Positions 37,969 to 46,244 of a DNA stretch of 64,000 nt are shown piece by piece; positions within the stretch are counted from its first letter, which is position 1; the number at the start of each line of letters is the position of its first letter. A program made the position numbers and the translations under genes. The notes under the pieces are model-generated. The model had not been told where the DNA came from, made no database searches, and saw nothing but the letters and a program-made list of their open reading frames with translations. The stretch covers positions 1-64,000 of the forward strand of contig JBFMGU010000014.1 of the NCBI GenBank assembly GCA_040752415.1. The letters run 5' to 3'. Origin of the DNA: Myxococcota bacterium. Lineage in GTDB: Bacteria; Myxococcota; JACRCW01.

Positions 37969-38691
37969 TCACCGCTCCGCTGGCAGTTCCTCCGCTTCCC
38001 CCAGGCTCTCCACCCACCCCTCCATGGCCGCGGGGAACGGCAGGACCCTTCCGCCCAGCTTGGGCAGCACCTTGCGGTGCGTGGGAACCAGGAAGCCGCC
38101 CAGCTCGCGGTGCTCGCCGCAGAAATGCGCGCCCCTCCATCTCGAGCCGAAGACCTCCGCGGTGTAATCCAGCCGCACCAGCAGGTTGCGCTCATTGAAA
38201 TGGAAGACCTGCTCCGCGCTGTGTGTGGGAATCCCCGACGGAAAACGCACCCGCAGCCGCTGCAGACCGTCCTGCGCCGGGAGCTCTTCGGTGTGGAAGC
38301 CGGGCCAGGTGAAGAAGAACGGCGTTAGCGCGTAGTTCCACAGCGCATAGCCCAGGAAGTGCATCTCATCCAGCGCATCCCACTTCACCCGTGACGACGC
38401 CACGCTGCGTGCATGGTGTCGCTCCCCCACCACCCGTCCCGCGTCATCCCGAATCCGCACGACGTCACCCGCCATCTCTCCGCACCAGCCGGGTTGCGGG
38501 AATCCGGTCATGAGGAGCCGCGGCCTTCGGGCGTCGACATGGACGGTCACCCTGCGGGCCGAAGGACTCCTGAAGCGGAACGCCAGGATGTTCCCGCCCA
38601 CGCGCACTTCGGCGCGGAGCGCCCGCACCGAGGAGAACCGGCCCAGGGGATCATGCGCCTTCACCGCGCGTGCAAGCAGGTCGGGGGCCAT
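37969..38691 (-). CDS. Hypothetical conserved protein
   Basis: WDALDEMHFLGYALWNY.L.PF, RFPSGIPTHS.EQ.F.F, RLDY; in operon with the GFA gene. Confidence 0.75.
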   Translation of the reverse strand: MAPDLLARAVKAHDPLGRFSSVRALRAEVRVGGNILAFRFRSPSARRVTVHVDARRPRLLMTGFPQPGWCGEMAGDVVRIRDDAGRVVGERHHARSVASSRVKWDALDEMHFLGYALWNYALTPFFFTWPGFHTEELPAQDGLQRLRVRFPSGIPTHSAEQVFHFNERNLLVRLDYTAEVFGSRWRGAHFCGEHRELGGFLVPTHRKVLPKLGGRVLPFPAAMEGWVESLGEAEELPAER

Positions 38692-38693
38692 GC

Positions 38694-39089
38694 TCAGTCC
38701 ATGTGCTCCACGTCGGCGGGCATCCCCACCCACGCGTGACGTCGCGCTTCGTAGACGGACACCCTGGGCGCGGGAAACTTCGGGTCGGCGAACGCGCCCA
38801 CCGCCACCACGGTGAAACCGGGCAATGCACCCAGCTTCCAGAAGACGGTGGAGCCGCACGTCGGGCAGAAGTGGAATGTCACCTCGTTGCCGCTGTCCGC
38901 CACGCGCTTGTACTGGGCCACGCGACCCTCAACCTGGGTGACCTGCTCGTCGGGAAAACGCGCCTGGACGCCGTACGTGCTGCCGGTGCGCTGCTGGCAC
39001 GCCAGGCAATGGCACATGGACACGCGGACGGGCTCGCCCTCGCAGGTGAGACGCAGCTGGCCACAACAGCAGGTTGCTCGACGGGTCAT
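38694..39089 (-). CDS. GFA / CENP-V family protein
   Basis: CCCG...CHCLACQQRTGS...FCPTCGS. Confidence 0.92.
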   Translation of the reverse strand: MTRRATCCCGQLRLTCEGEPVRVSMCHCLACQQRTGSTYGVQARFPDEQVTQVEGRVAQYKRVADSGNEVTFHFCPTCGSTVFWKLGALPGFTVVAVGAFADPKFPAPRVSVYEARRHAWVGMPADVEHMD

Positions 39090-39143
39090 CAGGGGCTCCG
39101 GTCGCTTGGCGCGGATGCGCCGGAGCAGCCTACCTCGTCTTCA

Positions 39144-40013
39144 TCACCGGGGTGAGGCGCGATTGGCGGCCAGGCTGTCCCGGATGGCCCGCAGCGCTTC
39201 CGCCACGTACCGGTGCTCCACGAACTTCTCCCGCGTCTGCGCGCCTCGGAAGGCCGCCGCCAGGATGGCGTTGGAGATGTCGCTGCCGCTCAACCCCTCG
39301 GACATCTGTGCCAGCTCGTCGACGCACAGGTTGGTGGGCAACGCGGTGGGCACCAGCTTGCGCAGCAGCCGGCGGCGTCCCTCCTCGTCGGGAAGGCTGA
39401 AACGGATGTGCGCCAGGATGCGGCGCATGAACGCCGGGTCGTAGTTGGAGATGTAGTTCGTGGCGAAGATGATCACGCCCTGGTAGTCGTTCAACAACGT
39501 CAACATCACGGAGCGCGTCTGGTTCACGCTGGTGTCCGTGGCGTTGTTCATGTTGGTGAGTCGACGGCTCAGGATGGCGTCCGCCTCGTCGAAGAACAGG
39601 ATGCTGTCGGTGTCGGTGGCAACCTGGAACGCGGTGGTGAGGTTCTTGGGCGTGTCGCCGATGTACTTGGACTCGATGTCCGCGTAGCTGATGATGAGCA
39701 GCGGCTTGCCAAGGTGCGCGGCAATGGCGTGCGCGGCCATGGTCTTCCCGGTGCCGGGTGGACCATAGAGATTGATTCCGACCTTCCGCGAATGCCTATG
39801 CGTCTCCCGCAAGCCCCACACGTCAAACACCAGCGCGCTCTGGTCGCGCACCGCCAAGGCGTCCATGATCTCGTCGAGGGTGGCCTTGGGGAGGATGATG
39901 TCCTCCAGCGTGTACTTGGGCGGCTGGGGCACGAAGGAGGCCACGGGCGTGACCGGCTGGATGACCGTGCGCGCGCCCGTGGTTCCCGTTGAAGCCACCG
40001 TGCTCTCTTCCAT
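39144..40013 (-). CDS. Single-domain classic AAA ATPase
   Basis: YGPPGTGKT, SKYIG, LFFDEADAILSRR, ATN...DPAFMRR, GLSGSDI. Confidence 0.9.
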   Translation of the reverse strand: MEESTVASTGTTGARTVIQPVTPVASFVPQPPKYTLEDIILPKATLDEIMDALAVRDQSALVFDVWGLRETHRHSRKVGINLYGPPGTGKTMAAHAIAAHLGKPLLIISYADIESKYIGDTPKNLTTAFQVATDTDSILFFDEADAILSRRLTNMNNATDTSVNQTRSVMLTLLNDYQGVIIFATNYISNYDPAFMRRILAHIRFSLPDEEGRRRLLRKLVPTALPTNLCVDELAQMSEGLSGSDISNAILAAAFRGAQTREKFVEHRYVAEALRAIRDSLAANRASPR

Positions 40014-40023
40014 GGCTCATGGC

Positions 40024-40782
40024 TCAGCGCTCCGCCTCGCGCAGGAGACGGTCGCAGTAGACGTGCATGGCCGACCTCATGAACTGCGCGAGGCCCGGCT
40101 TGATGCGCTCATAGTTGGCGGTGAAGCGCTCATCCTGGACGTACATGTCGCCCAGGCCACGGAACATCTCCGCGGGGCACGTGTAGTAGCGATCATTGAT
40201 GTGCTGGTGGAACCGCTGCACGTACTGCTGCACCTCCGGGTCCGACGGACCGCGGTCCATCCGTGAGGCAATCCCGTTGGTGATCTCGCTGGCTTCCTGC
40301 TTGATCGCCGCCCAGTCCTCCTTGGTGTACTTCTTCGTCCGACGCTGCGACTCCTTCCACGCCGGCGTGTTGCCCCAACGCTGCTTCGCTTCCTCCTCGT
40401 ACTTTGACGGATCGAAGCCTTCGAACATCTCCTTGTCCTTCATGGGTGTGTTCCTTTCCAGGGAATCCAGGGTGCGGTCGATGGTCTTGATGAGCTGCCG
40501 CAGCTCCTGTTGGCGCGCCATCAGCGCGTGCTTGTGATTGAGAAGCGCCTGCCGGCGGTCGAAGGTCGGGTCATTCATGATGTCCGCCACCTCCTGCAGG
40601 CTGAACTCCAGCTCGCGGAAGAACAGGATCTGTTGCAGCCGCTGGAGATCGTCGTCGGAGTACAGGCGGTACCCGGCTCCCGAGACCTGGGCGGGCTTGA
40701 GCAGACCAATGGCGTCGTAGTGGTGCAGCGTCCGCACGCTCACGCCCGCCAGCTTGGACACCGCTTTGACCGTGTAGCCCAT
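40024..40782 (-). CDS. MerR-family regulator with TipAS effector domain (TipA/Mta-like)
   Basis: VSVRTLHHYDAIGLL.P...GYRLY, LQQILFFRELEFSL; YEEEAKQRWG, GLGDMYVQDERF. Confidence 0.93.
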   Translation of the reverse strand: MGYTVKAVSKLAGVSVRTLHHYDAIGLLKPAQVSGAGYRLYSDDDLQRLQQILFFRELEFSLQEVADIMNDPTFDRRQALLNHKHALMARQQELRQLIKTIDRTLDSLERNTPMKDKEMFEGFDPSKYEEEAKQRWGNTPAWKESQRRTKKYTKEDWAAIKQEASEITNGIASRMDRGPSDPEVQQYVQRFHQHINDRYYTCPAEMFRGLGDMYVQDERFTANYERIKPGLAQFMRSAMHVYCDRLLREAER

Positions 40783-40803
40783 GGAAACAACCTCTGGTTT
40801 CAG

Positions 40804-40834
40804 AACGTGCACCCTCACGTAGCGTCAGGGTCAA
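40804..40834 (-). promoter_or_regulatory. MerR/TipA-type promoter with 19-bp spacer and dyad operator
   Basis: TTGACC-N19-CACGTT; dyad CCCTGACG-CTA-CGTGAGGG in the spacer. Confidence 0.8.
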
Positions 40835-40943
40835 GGGGATTTTCATCCCGTCGGATCCGTGGGGCGAGCCACCACCGGAAGAGTGGCGCCAGGTCATGCT
40901 CCTGGCTCCGACACACGGAGGTCGATACGGTTGGCGACGGTGA

Positions 40944-41283
40944 CCCACGTGATGCGGATCAGCGGATGGCGGGGGGGATCACCGGCAGCCAAGGCTGCAC
41001 CTGGAAATGCACCAAGCCTGGCCTCGAAGCCCGCCTGCACGACGTGACCGCGCCAGGCTCCACGTTGGGAGCCGGTAGGATCGTGGTTGAGAGGAGCGAC
41101 GGGATGAAGGCCTTTCGCCAACGTGGATACCGCACACCACGCGTCCTACCGCCACCAACGCGGAGCCTGGCGCGGTCCCGTCGTGCAAGCGGCTTCGAGG
41201 CCAGGCTTGGTGCATTTCCAGGTGCGGCCTTCGCTGCCGGTGGCACCGACGGTCGCCTGACGCGCTGATGCGGATCACGTGGG
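40944..41283. repeat. Long imperfect intergenic inverted repeat (~340 bp)
   Basis: 40981-41086 is the near reverse complement of 41137-41241, including a long exact run GCACCTGGAAATGCACCAAGCCTGGCCTCGAAGCC; outer arms CCACGTGATGCGGATCAGCG / CGCTGATGCGGATCACGTGG. Confidence 0.9.
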
Positions 41284-41462
41284 GGTGAAGCGGGTGTGGG
41301 GAAGGGGGGCGAGCGTGCACAACCGCGTGAACGTGGGTGTTAGGTGTTCGCCGGCCCCGCCCGACACGGGCAGACTGCGCTGACGCAACCGCGTTAGCAT
41401 GACGCACCATGCCCGACGTCGGGGCGACGTCAGGTTGATCAACCCGGACCCGGAGCCGCGCG

Positions 41463-42143
41463 ATGACGCAGGACCTGTGGAACAACGTCGACCGCTACTT
41501 CACCGACGCGCTGCTGACCCCGGACCCCGTGCTGGACGCGGTGTTGGCCGCGTGCGCGGATGCGGGACTGCCGCCCCACAACGTGGCGCCCAACCAGGGC
41601 AAGCTGTTGATGTTGCTGGCACAGCTTCGTGGGGCGAGGAGCATCCTCGAGATTGGCACGCTGGGCGGTTACAGCACCGTCTGGCTCGCGCGCGGCCTGC
41701 AGGCGGGCGGACACCTCGTCACGCTCGAGTTCAACCCGAAACACGCCGAGCTGGCGCGTGCAAACCTGGAGCGCGCAGGCGTCGCGAACGTCGTGGAATT
41801 GCGGATTGGGCGCGCGCTGGACACGTTGCCACAGCTGCATTCGGAAGGACGCGGGCCGTTTGACCTGATCTTCATCGACGCGGACAAGCCGAACAATCCG
41901 GATTACCTGGCGTGGGCGTTGAAGCTGTCCCGTCTTGGAACACTGATCGTCGCGGACAACGTGGTGCGGAACGGCGCGGTGGCGGACCCCGACAGCGACG
42001 ATCCCAGCGTGCGCGGCATCCAACGTTTCAGTGAGTTGCTGGGTGCGGAACCACGCGTCAGCGCCACCGCCATCCAGACCGTGGGCAGCAAGGGCTACGA
42101 CGGATTCGCGCTGGCGTTGGTGGTTGCGGACCCCGCGCCGTGA
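41463..42143 (+). CDS. O-methyltransferase (Methyltransf_3 / CCoAOMT-like)
   Basis: ILEIGTLGGYS, FDLIFIDADK, IVADNVVR, KGYDGF. Confidence 0.92.
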   Translation: MTQDLWNNVDRYFTDALLTPDPVLDAVLAACADAGLPPHNVAPNQGKLLMLLAQLRGARSILEIGTLGGYSTVWLARGLQAGGHLVTLEFNPKHAELARANLERAGVANVVELRIGRALDTLPQLHSEGRGPFDLIFIDADKPNNPDYLAWALKLSRLGTLIVADNVVRNGAVADPDSDDPSVRGIQRFSELLGAEPRVSATAIQTVGSKGYDGFALALVVADPAP

Positions 42144-42322
42144 ATCACGGAACGGCTCCGCACCCTGTGCACCGATCCAGGGCGGTGCTGCACGTCGTGG
42201 CGCGCTCAGACGCGGCGCACCGCACTCCAGGGCTCGCGCCGCTTCGACGACGCACGCGTTGTCGCTCGCAGACCGGCGCGCGTCCCCCTTAGCCCTTCAT
42301 GGTACCGATTAGGAAGCGGGAA

Positions 42323-42994
42323 TCACGGCGAATGGCGCGCGCTCCGAACCGCCGCCACAAGCTGACGCGCGTTCTCCGTGATCACGTCCAGGCGTCCCTC
42401 CTGCAACGCCTTGGCGTCGACGAGCTCACCGCCCACTCCAATGGCCGCCGCACCCGCCACGAACATCTCCGCCGCGTTCTGCGCGTTGACCCCGCCGGTG
42501 GGAATCAGCGGAATCTGTGGCAGCGGACCCCGGATGGCCTTCAGGTACTTCGCTCCACCCATGCTCCCGCACGGGAACACCTTCACGAAGTCCGAACCCG
42601 CACGCCACGCCGCGATGATCTCCGTGGGCGTGAGCGCTCCCGCGGCCATCACCACGTTCCACCCCGAGACGAGACGCACCGTCTCCACGTCGAGCCCCGG
42701 CGACACCACGAACTGCGCGCCGGCCTCCAGGCACTGGATCGCCTGCTTGGCGTCCAGCACGCTGCCCGCGCCCACCAGGAGCTCGTCCGGGTGCTCCGCG
42801 CGAAGCTGCGCGATCACCTCCAGCGCGCCGGGAACCGTGAGCGTGACCTCCGCCACGGGAATTCCTCCCGCCGCAATGGCCCGCACGGCGCGCACCGCAT
42901 CCACCTTGGACGCCGCGCGCACCACCGGCACCACCCCAACCTCCACCAGGCGTCGACGGACCGCGTCCCGGCCCAACATCTTCGGCTGCATCAC
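42323..42994 (-). CDS. eda: KDPG/KHG aldolase
   Basis: VVPVVR, EVTL, VGAGSV, FVVSPG, TPTEI, VKVFP, IPTGGV. Confidence 0.93.
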   Translation of the reverse strand: MMQPKMLGRDAVRRRLVEVGVVPVVRAASKVDAVRAVRAIAAGGIPVAEVTLTVPGALEVIAQLRAEHPDELLVGAGSVLDAKQAIQCLEAGAQFVVSPGLDVETVRLVSGWNVVMAAGALTPTEIIAAWRAGSDFVKVFPCGSMGGAKYLKAIRGPLPQIPLIPTGGVNAQNAAEMFVAGAAAIGVGGELVDAKALQEGRLDVITENARQLVAAVRSARHSP

Positions 42995-43001
42995 GTCCTC
43001 C

Positions 43002-44102
43002 TCAGCGCTCGATCCGCGCGCCCACGTTCTCCATGACGCGCAGCACTTCCGGCAGCGTCGCCATGCTGGTGTCGCCGGGCGTGGTCATGGCCAGGGCACC
43101 ATGCGCCGCGCCGCACTCCACCGCCCACTGCGGGCCCTTGCCGTTGAGCAGTCCGTAGATGAGCCCCGCCGCAAAGGAATCACCACCACCCACGCGGTCC
43201 AGGATCTCCACGTCCTGGCGCATCTGCGAGGCAAAGAACTTCCCCTGCGCGTAGCAGAGCGCGCCCCAGTCATTGACGCTGGCGGTCTTGGCCACGCGCA
43301 ACGTCACCGCCACGAGGGAGAGGTTGGGGAATTCCTTCACCACCCGCTCCATCATCTTCTGGTACGCGCCCGCGTCGAGCTGACGCAGGTGCTCATCCTG
43401 GGCTTCCACCGGGACACCCAGCGCGGCGCCGAAGTCCTCCTCGTTGCCGATCATCACGTCGACCATCGACGCCAGCTTCCGGTTCACCTCGCGCGCCTTC
43501 TCCTTGCCCCCCACCGACTTCCACAGCGACGGGCGGTAGTTCAGGTCGAACGAGATGGCCGTTCCCGCCTCGCGCGCGGCGGCCATGGCCTCCAACGCCA
43601 CGTCGGCGGTGGTGGGAGAGAGCGCGCAGTAGATGCCGCCGGTGTGGAACCAGCGCGCACCCTGCTCCTTGAACACGCGACGCCAGTCGACGTCACCGCG
43701 CTTCATCTGGCTCACCGCGGTGTTGCCACGGTCCGAGCAGCCCAACGCGGCGCGCAGTCCGAAACCACGCTCCGTGAAGTTGAGCCCGTTGCGCACGCTG
43801 CGACCGATGCCGTCGTAGTCCACCCAGCGCACCAGGGAGGTGTCGACGCCCCCCTGGTACATGAGGTCCTCGACGAGGCGACCCACGGGATTGTCCGCCA
43901 GCGCGGTGACCACCGCGGTCCGCAGGCCAAAGCAGCGCTTCAGCCCACGGGCCACGTTGTACTCTCCGCCTCCTTCACTGGCGGTGAACTGCCGCGCGGT
44001 GTGGACGCGGTAGTCACCGGGGTCGAGACGAAGCATCACCTCGCCCAGGGAGACCAGGTCCCAACGACACTCGGATGCCGGCCTGAACGTCATGCTCTTC
44101 AT
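43002..44102 (-). CDS. kdgK: 2-keto-3-deoxygluconate kinase (PfkB family)
   Basis: LGEVMLRL, GGGEYNVA, WFHTGGI, DLNYRPSLW, GNEED, DRVGGGDSF. Confidence 0.9.
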   Translation of the reverse strand: MKSMTFRPASECRWDLVSLGEVMLRLDPGDYRVHTARQFTASEGGGEYNVARGLKRCFGLRTAVVTALADNPVGRLVEDLMYQGGVDTSLVRWVDYDGIGRSVRNGLNFTERGFGLRAALGCSDRGNTAVSQMKRGDVDWRRVFKEQGARWFHTGGIYCALSPTTADVALEAMAAAREAGTAISFDLNYRPSLWKSVGGKEKAREVNRKLASMVDVMIGNEEDFGAALGVPVEAQDEHLRQLDAGAYQKMMERVVKEFPNLSLVAVTLRVAKTASVNDWGALCYAQGKFFASQMRQDVEILDRVGGGDSFAAGLIYGLLNGKGPQWAVECGAAHGALAMTTPGDTSMATLPEVLRVMENVGARIER

Positions 44103-44114
44103 GGTGATATCCTT

Positions 44115-44870
44115 TCAGCCCAGGTAGGCCCCGCCGTTGACGTCGACACAAGCCCCGTTGACGAACGACGCTTCGTCGGAGGCCAGGAAGGTCACCAGGC
44201 GCGCCACCTCCATGGACTGGCCCTCGCGACCCAGCGGCGTGGCCCCCGCCACCTTCTGGCGGACTTCCGGCTTGGTGAACTTCTCGTGGAACAGCGTGTT
44301 GATCATGCCCGGCGCCACGGCGTTGACGCGGATGCGACGCGGTCCCAGCTCCTTGGCCAGCCCGCGCGTGAACGTCACCACCGCACCCTTGGCGGTGGCG
44401 TAGAGGATGGCGCCCGCGCCGCCGCCGTCGCGCGCCGCCTGCGAGGCCACGTTCACCACCGCGCCGCCTTCCGGCATGTGCGGCAGCACGGCCTGCGTGA
44501 CCAGGAAGGTGGAGCGCAGGTTGATATCCATCACCGCGTCATAGAAGGCCTCATCCATCTCCTCCACGCGCTTGCGCGCCACCAGGCCGCCGGCGCAGTT
44601 GACGAGGACGTGAATCTCCTTGCCCAGCGCCTGCATGGTGCGCTGGATGAGGGCGTCCACCTCGGTGGCCTTGGTGATGTCGGCCTTCACCGCCACCGCC
44701 TTTCGGCCCAGCTTGCGGATGGACTCCACCGTGGCTTCCGCCTGCGCCTGGCTGTTCTGATAGTTCACCACCACGTTGCAGCCGGCCTCCGCCAGCGCCA
44801 GCGAGATGGCCCCGCCGATGTCACGGGCTCCGCCGGTCACCAGCGCCACCTTGTTCTTCATCTGAGTCAT
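44115..44870 (-). CDS. SDR oxidoreductase (probable DEH/uronate reductase)
   Basis: TGGARDIG, VNCAGG, YATAK, RVNAVAPG; operon context. Confidence 0.85.
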   Translation of the reverse strand: MTQMKNKVALVTGGARDIGGAISLALAEAGCNVVVNYQNSQAQAEATVESIRKLGRKAVAVKADITKATEVDALIQRTMQALGKEIHVLVNCAGGLVARKRVEEMDEAFYDAVMDINLRSTFLVTQAVLPHMPEGGAVVNVASQAARDGGGAGAILYATAKGAVVTFTRGLAKELGPRRIRVNAVAPGMINTLFHEKFTKPEVRQKVAGATPLGREGQSMEVARLVTFLASDEASFVNGACVDVNGGAYLG

Positions 44871-44894
44871 GTTGAGTCTCCTTTAGGATTTGTT

Positions 44895-46244
44895 TCAGGC
44901 CTTGAGCTTGGCGGCCTCAATGGGACGAATGGTTCCGGACAGGGAGAAGAGCACCAGCGTCCCCACCGGTCCGAGCAGGCCGGCGACGATGAGGATGGGC
45001 GTGTAGGAGAAGTGGTCCACCACCCAGCCCGTGGTGAGCGTGAAGATCATGGCGCCAATGCCCGCGCCCACGCCGCCCAGGCCGGTGGCGGACCCCACCC
45101 ACGACGACGGGAAGAAGTCGCTGGGCATGGTCTGCACGTTGTTGATCCACACCTGGAAGGCAAAGAGCACCACCGCAATGAACGCCAGCGCCACGAACGG
45201 GCTGGAGGCGTAGGCCGCGCCGATGCCGCAGGGCATGAGCAGCGCCGCGAAGCCAATCACCGCCTTGCGCGCGCGGTTGACGCTCCAGCCCCGACGGATG
45301 AGCCAACCGGAGAGGAATCCGCCGGCCAGGCTGCCCACGTCCGCGGCCAGGAACGGCACCCACGCGAACATGCCAATCTCCTTGAGGCTGAACCCGCGCT
45401 CCTTGTTGAGGTACTCGGGCAGCCACATCATGAAGAGCCACCACACCGGGTCGCAGACGAGTCGCGCCAGGATGACGGCCCACGCCTGACGGTGACGGAG
45501 GAGCTGGCGCCACGACGGAGACGCGGCCCCCGCGGGAGCAGCGGGCTGTCCCGCGCGAATGTACTCCAGCTCCTCCATGGTGATGCGCGTGTGGCGGTGC
45601 GGCGGCTGGTACAGCCACAGCCACAAGCCCAACCACGTCAGGCCCAACACCCCGGTGACCAGGAAGGTGGATTGCCAGCCGTAGTGCATCTGCAGCCAGA
45701 CGAGCAGCGGCGGGGCAATCACCGAGCCCACCGCGGCGCCGCTGTTGAAGATGGCCATGCCGAACGCGCGCTCATGCACCGGGAACCATTCCGCCACGGT
45801 CTTGGCCGCGCCGGGCCAGTTGCCCGCCTCACCCAGCCCCAGCAGGAACCGGAACGCGCCCAGGCTGCCAATGCCCCGCGCGAATGCGTGCAGCGCGGCC
45901 GCAATGGACCACACCACGATGGACACGGTGAAGCCCAGCCGCGTGCCAATCCGGTCATACAGCTTGCCGGAGAGACCCTGGCTGATGGTGTAGGCCAGCA
46001 GGAACAGGGTCCCGATCAGTGCATAGTCAGAGTTACTAAGCTTGAGGTCCTGGCGGATCACCGGGGCCAGGACCGAAAGCGTCAGCCGGTCGATGTAGTT
46101 GATGGTGGTGGCCAGGAAGATCAGGCCCACCATGATCCAGCGGAGATGCGGGATCCGGTAGCGCGCTGTCGCGTGGGGGACGGCGAGGGCGTCGGCGGGT
46201 TCCTGGGGCCGGGTGGCAACCGCTTCGCGCTGGTGGACGGTCAT
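44895..46244 (-). CDS. MFS hexuronate transporter (ExuT-like)
   Basis: INYIDR, RFLLGLGEAGNWP, EWFP..ER..A..IFNSG, DPVWW..M.WLP.YL; multiple TM segments. Confidence 0.9.
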   Translation of the reverse strand: MTVHQREAVATRPQEPADALAVPHATARYRIPHLRWIMVGLIFLATTINYIDRLTLSVLAPVIRQDLKLSNSDYALIGTLFLLAYTISQGLSGKLYDRIGTRLGFTVSIVVWSIAAALHAFARGIGSLGAFRFLLGLGEAGNWPGAAKTVAEWFPVHERAFGMAIFNSGAAVGSVIAPPLLVWLQMHYGWQSTFLVTGVLGLTWLGLWLWLYQPPHRHTRITMEELEYIRAGQPAAPAGAASPSWRQLLRHRQAWAVILARLVCDPVWWLFMMWLPEYLNKERGFSLKEIGMFAWVPFLAADVGSLAGGFLSGWLIRRGWSVNRARKAVIGFAALLMPCGIGAAYASSPFVALAFIAVVLFAFQVWINNVQTMPSDFFPSSWVGSATGLGGVGAGIGAMIFTLTTGWVVDHFSYTPILIVAGLLGPVGTLVLFSLSGTIRPIEAAKLKA

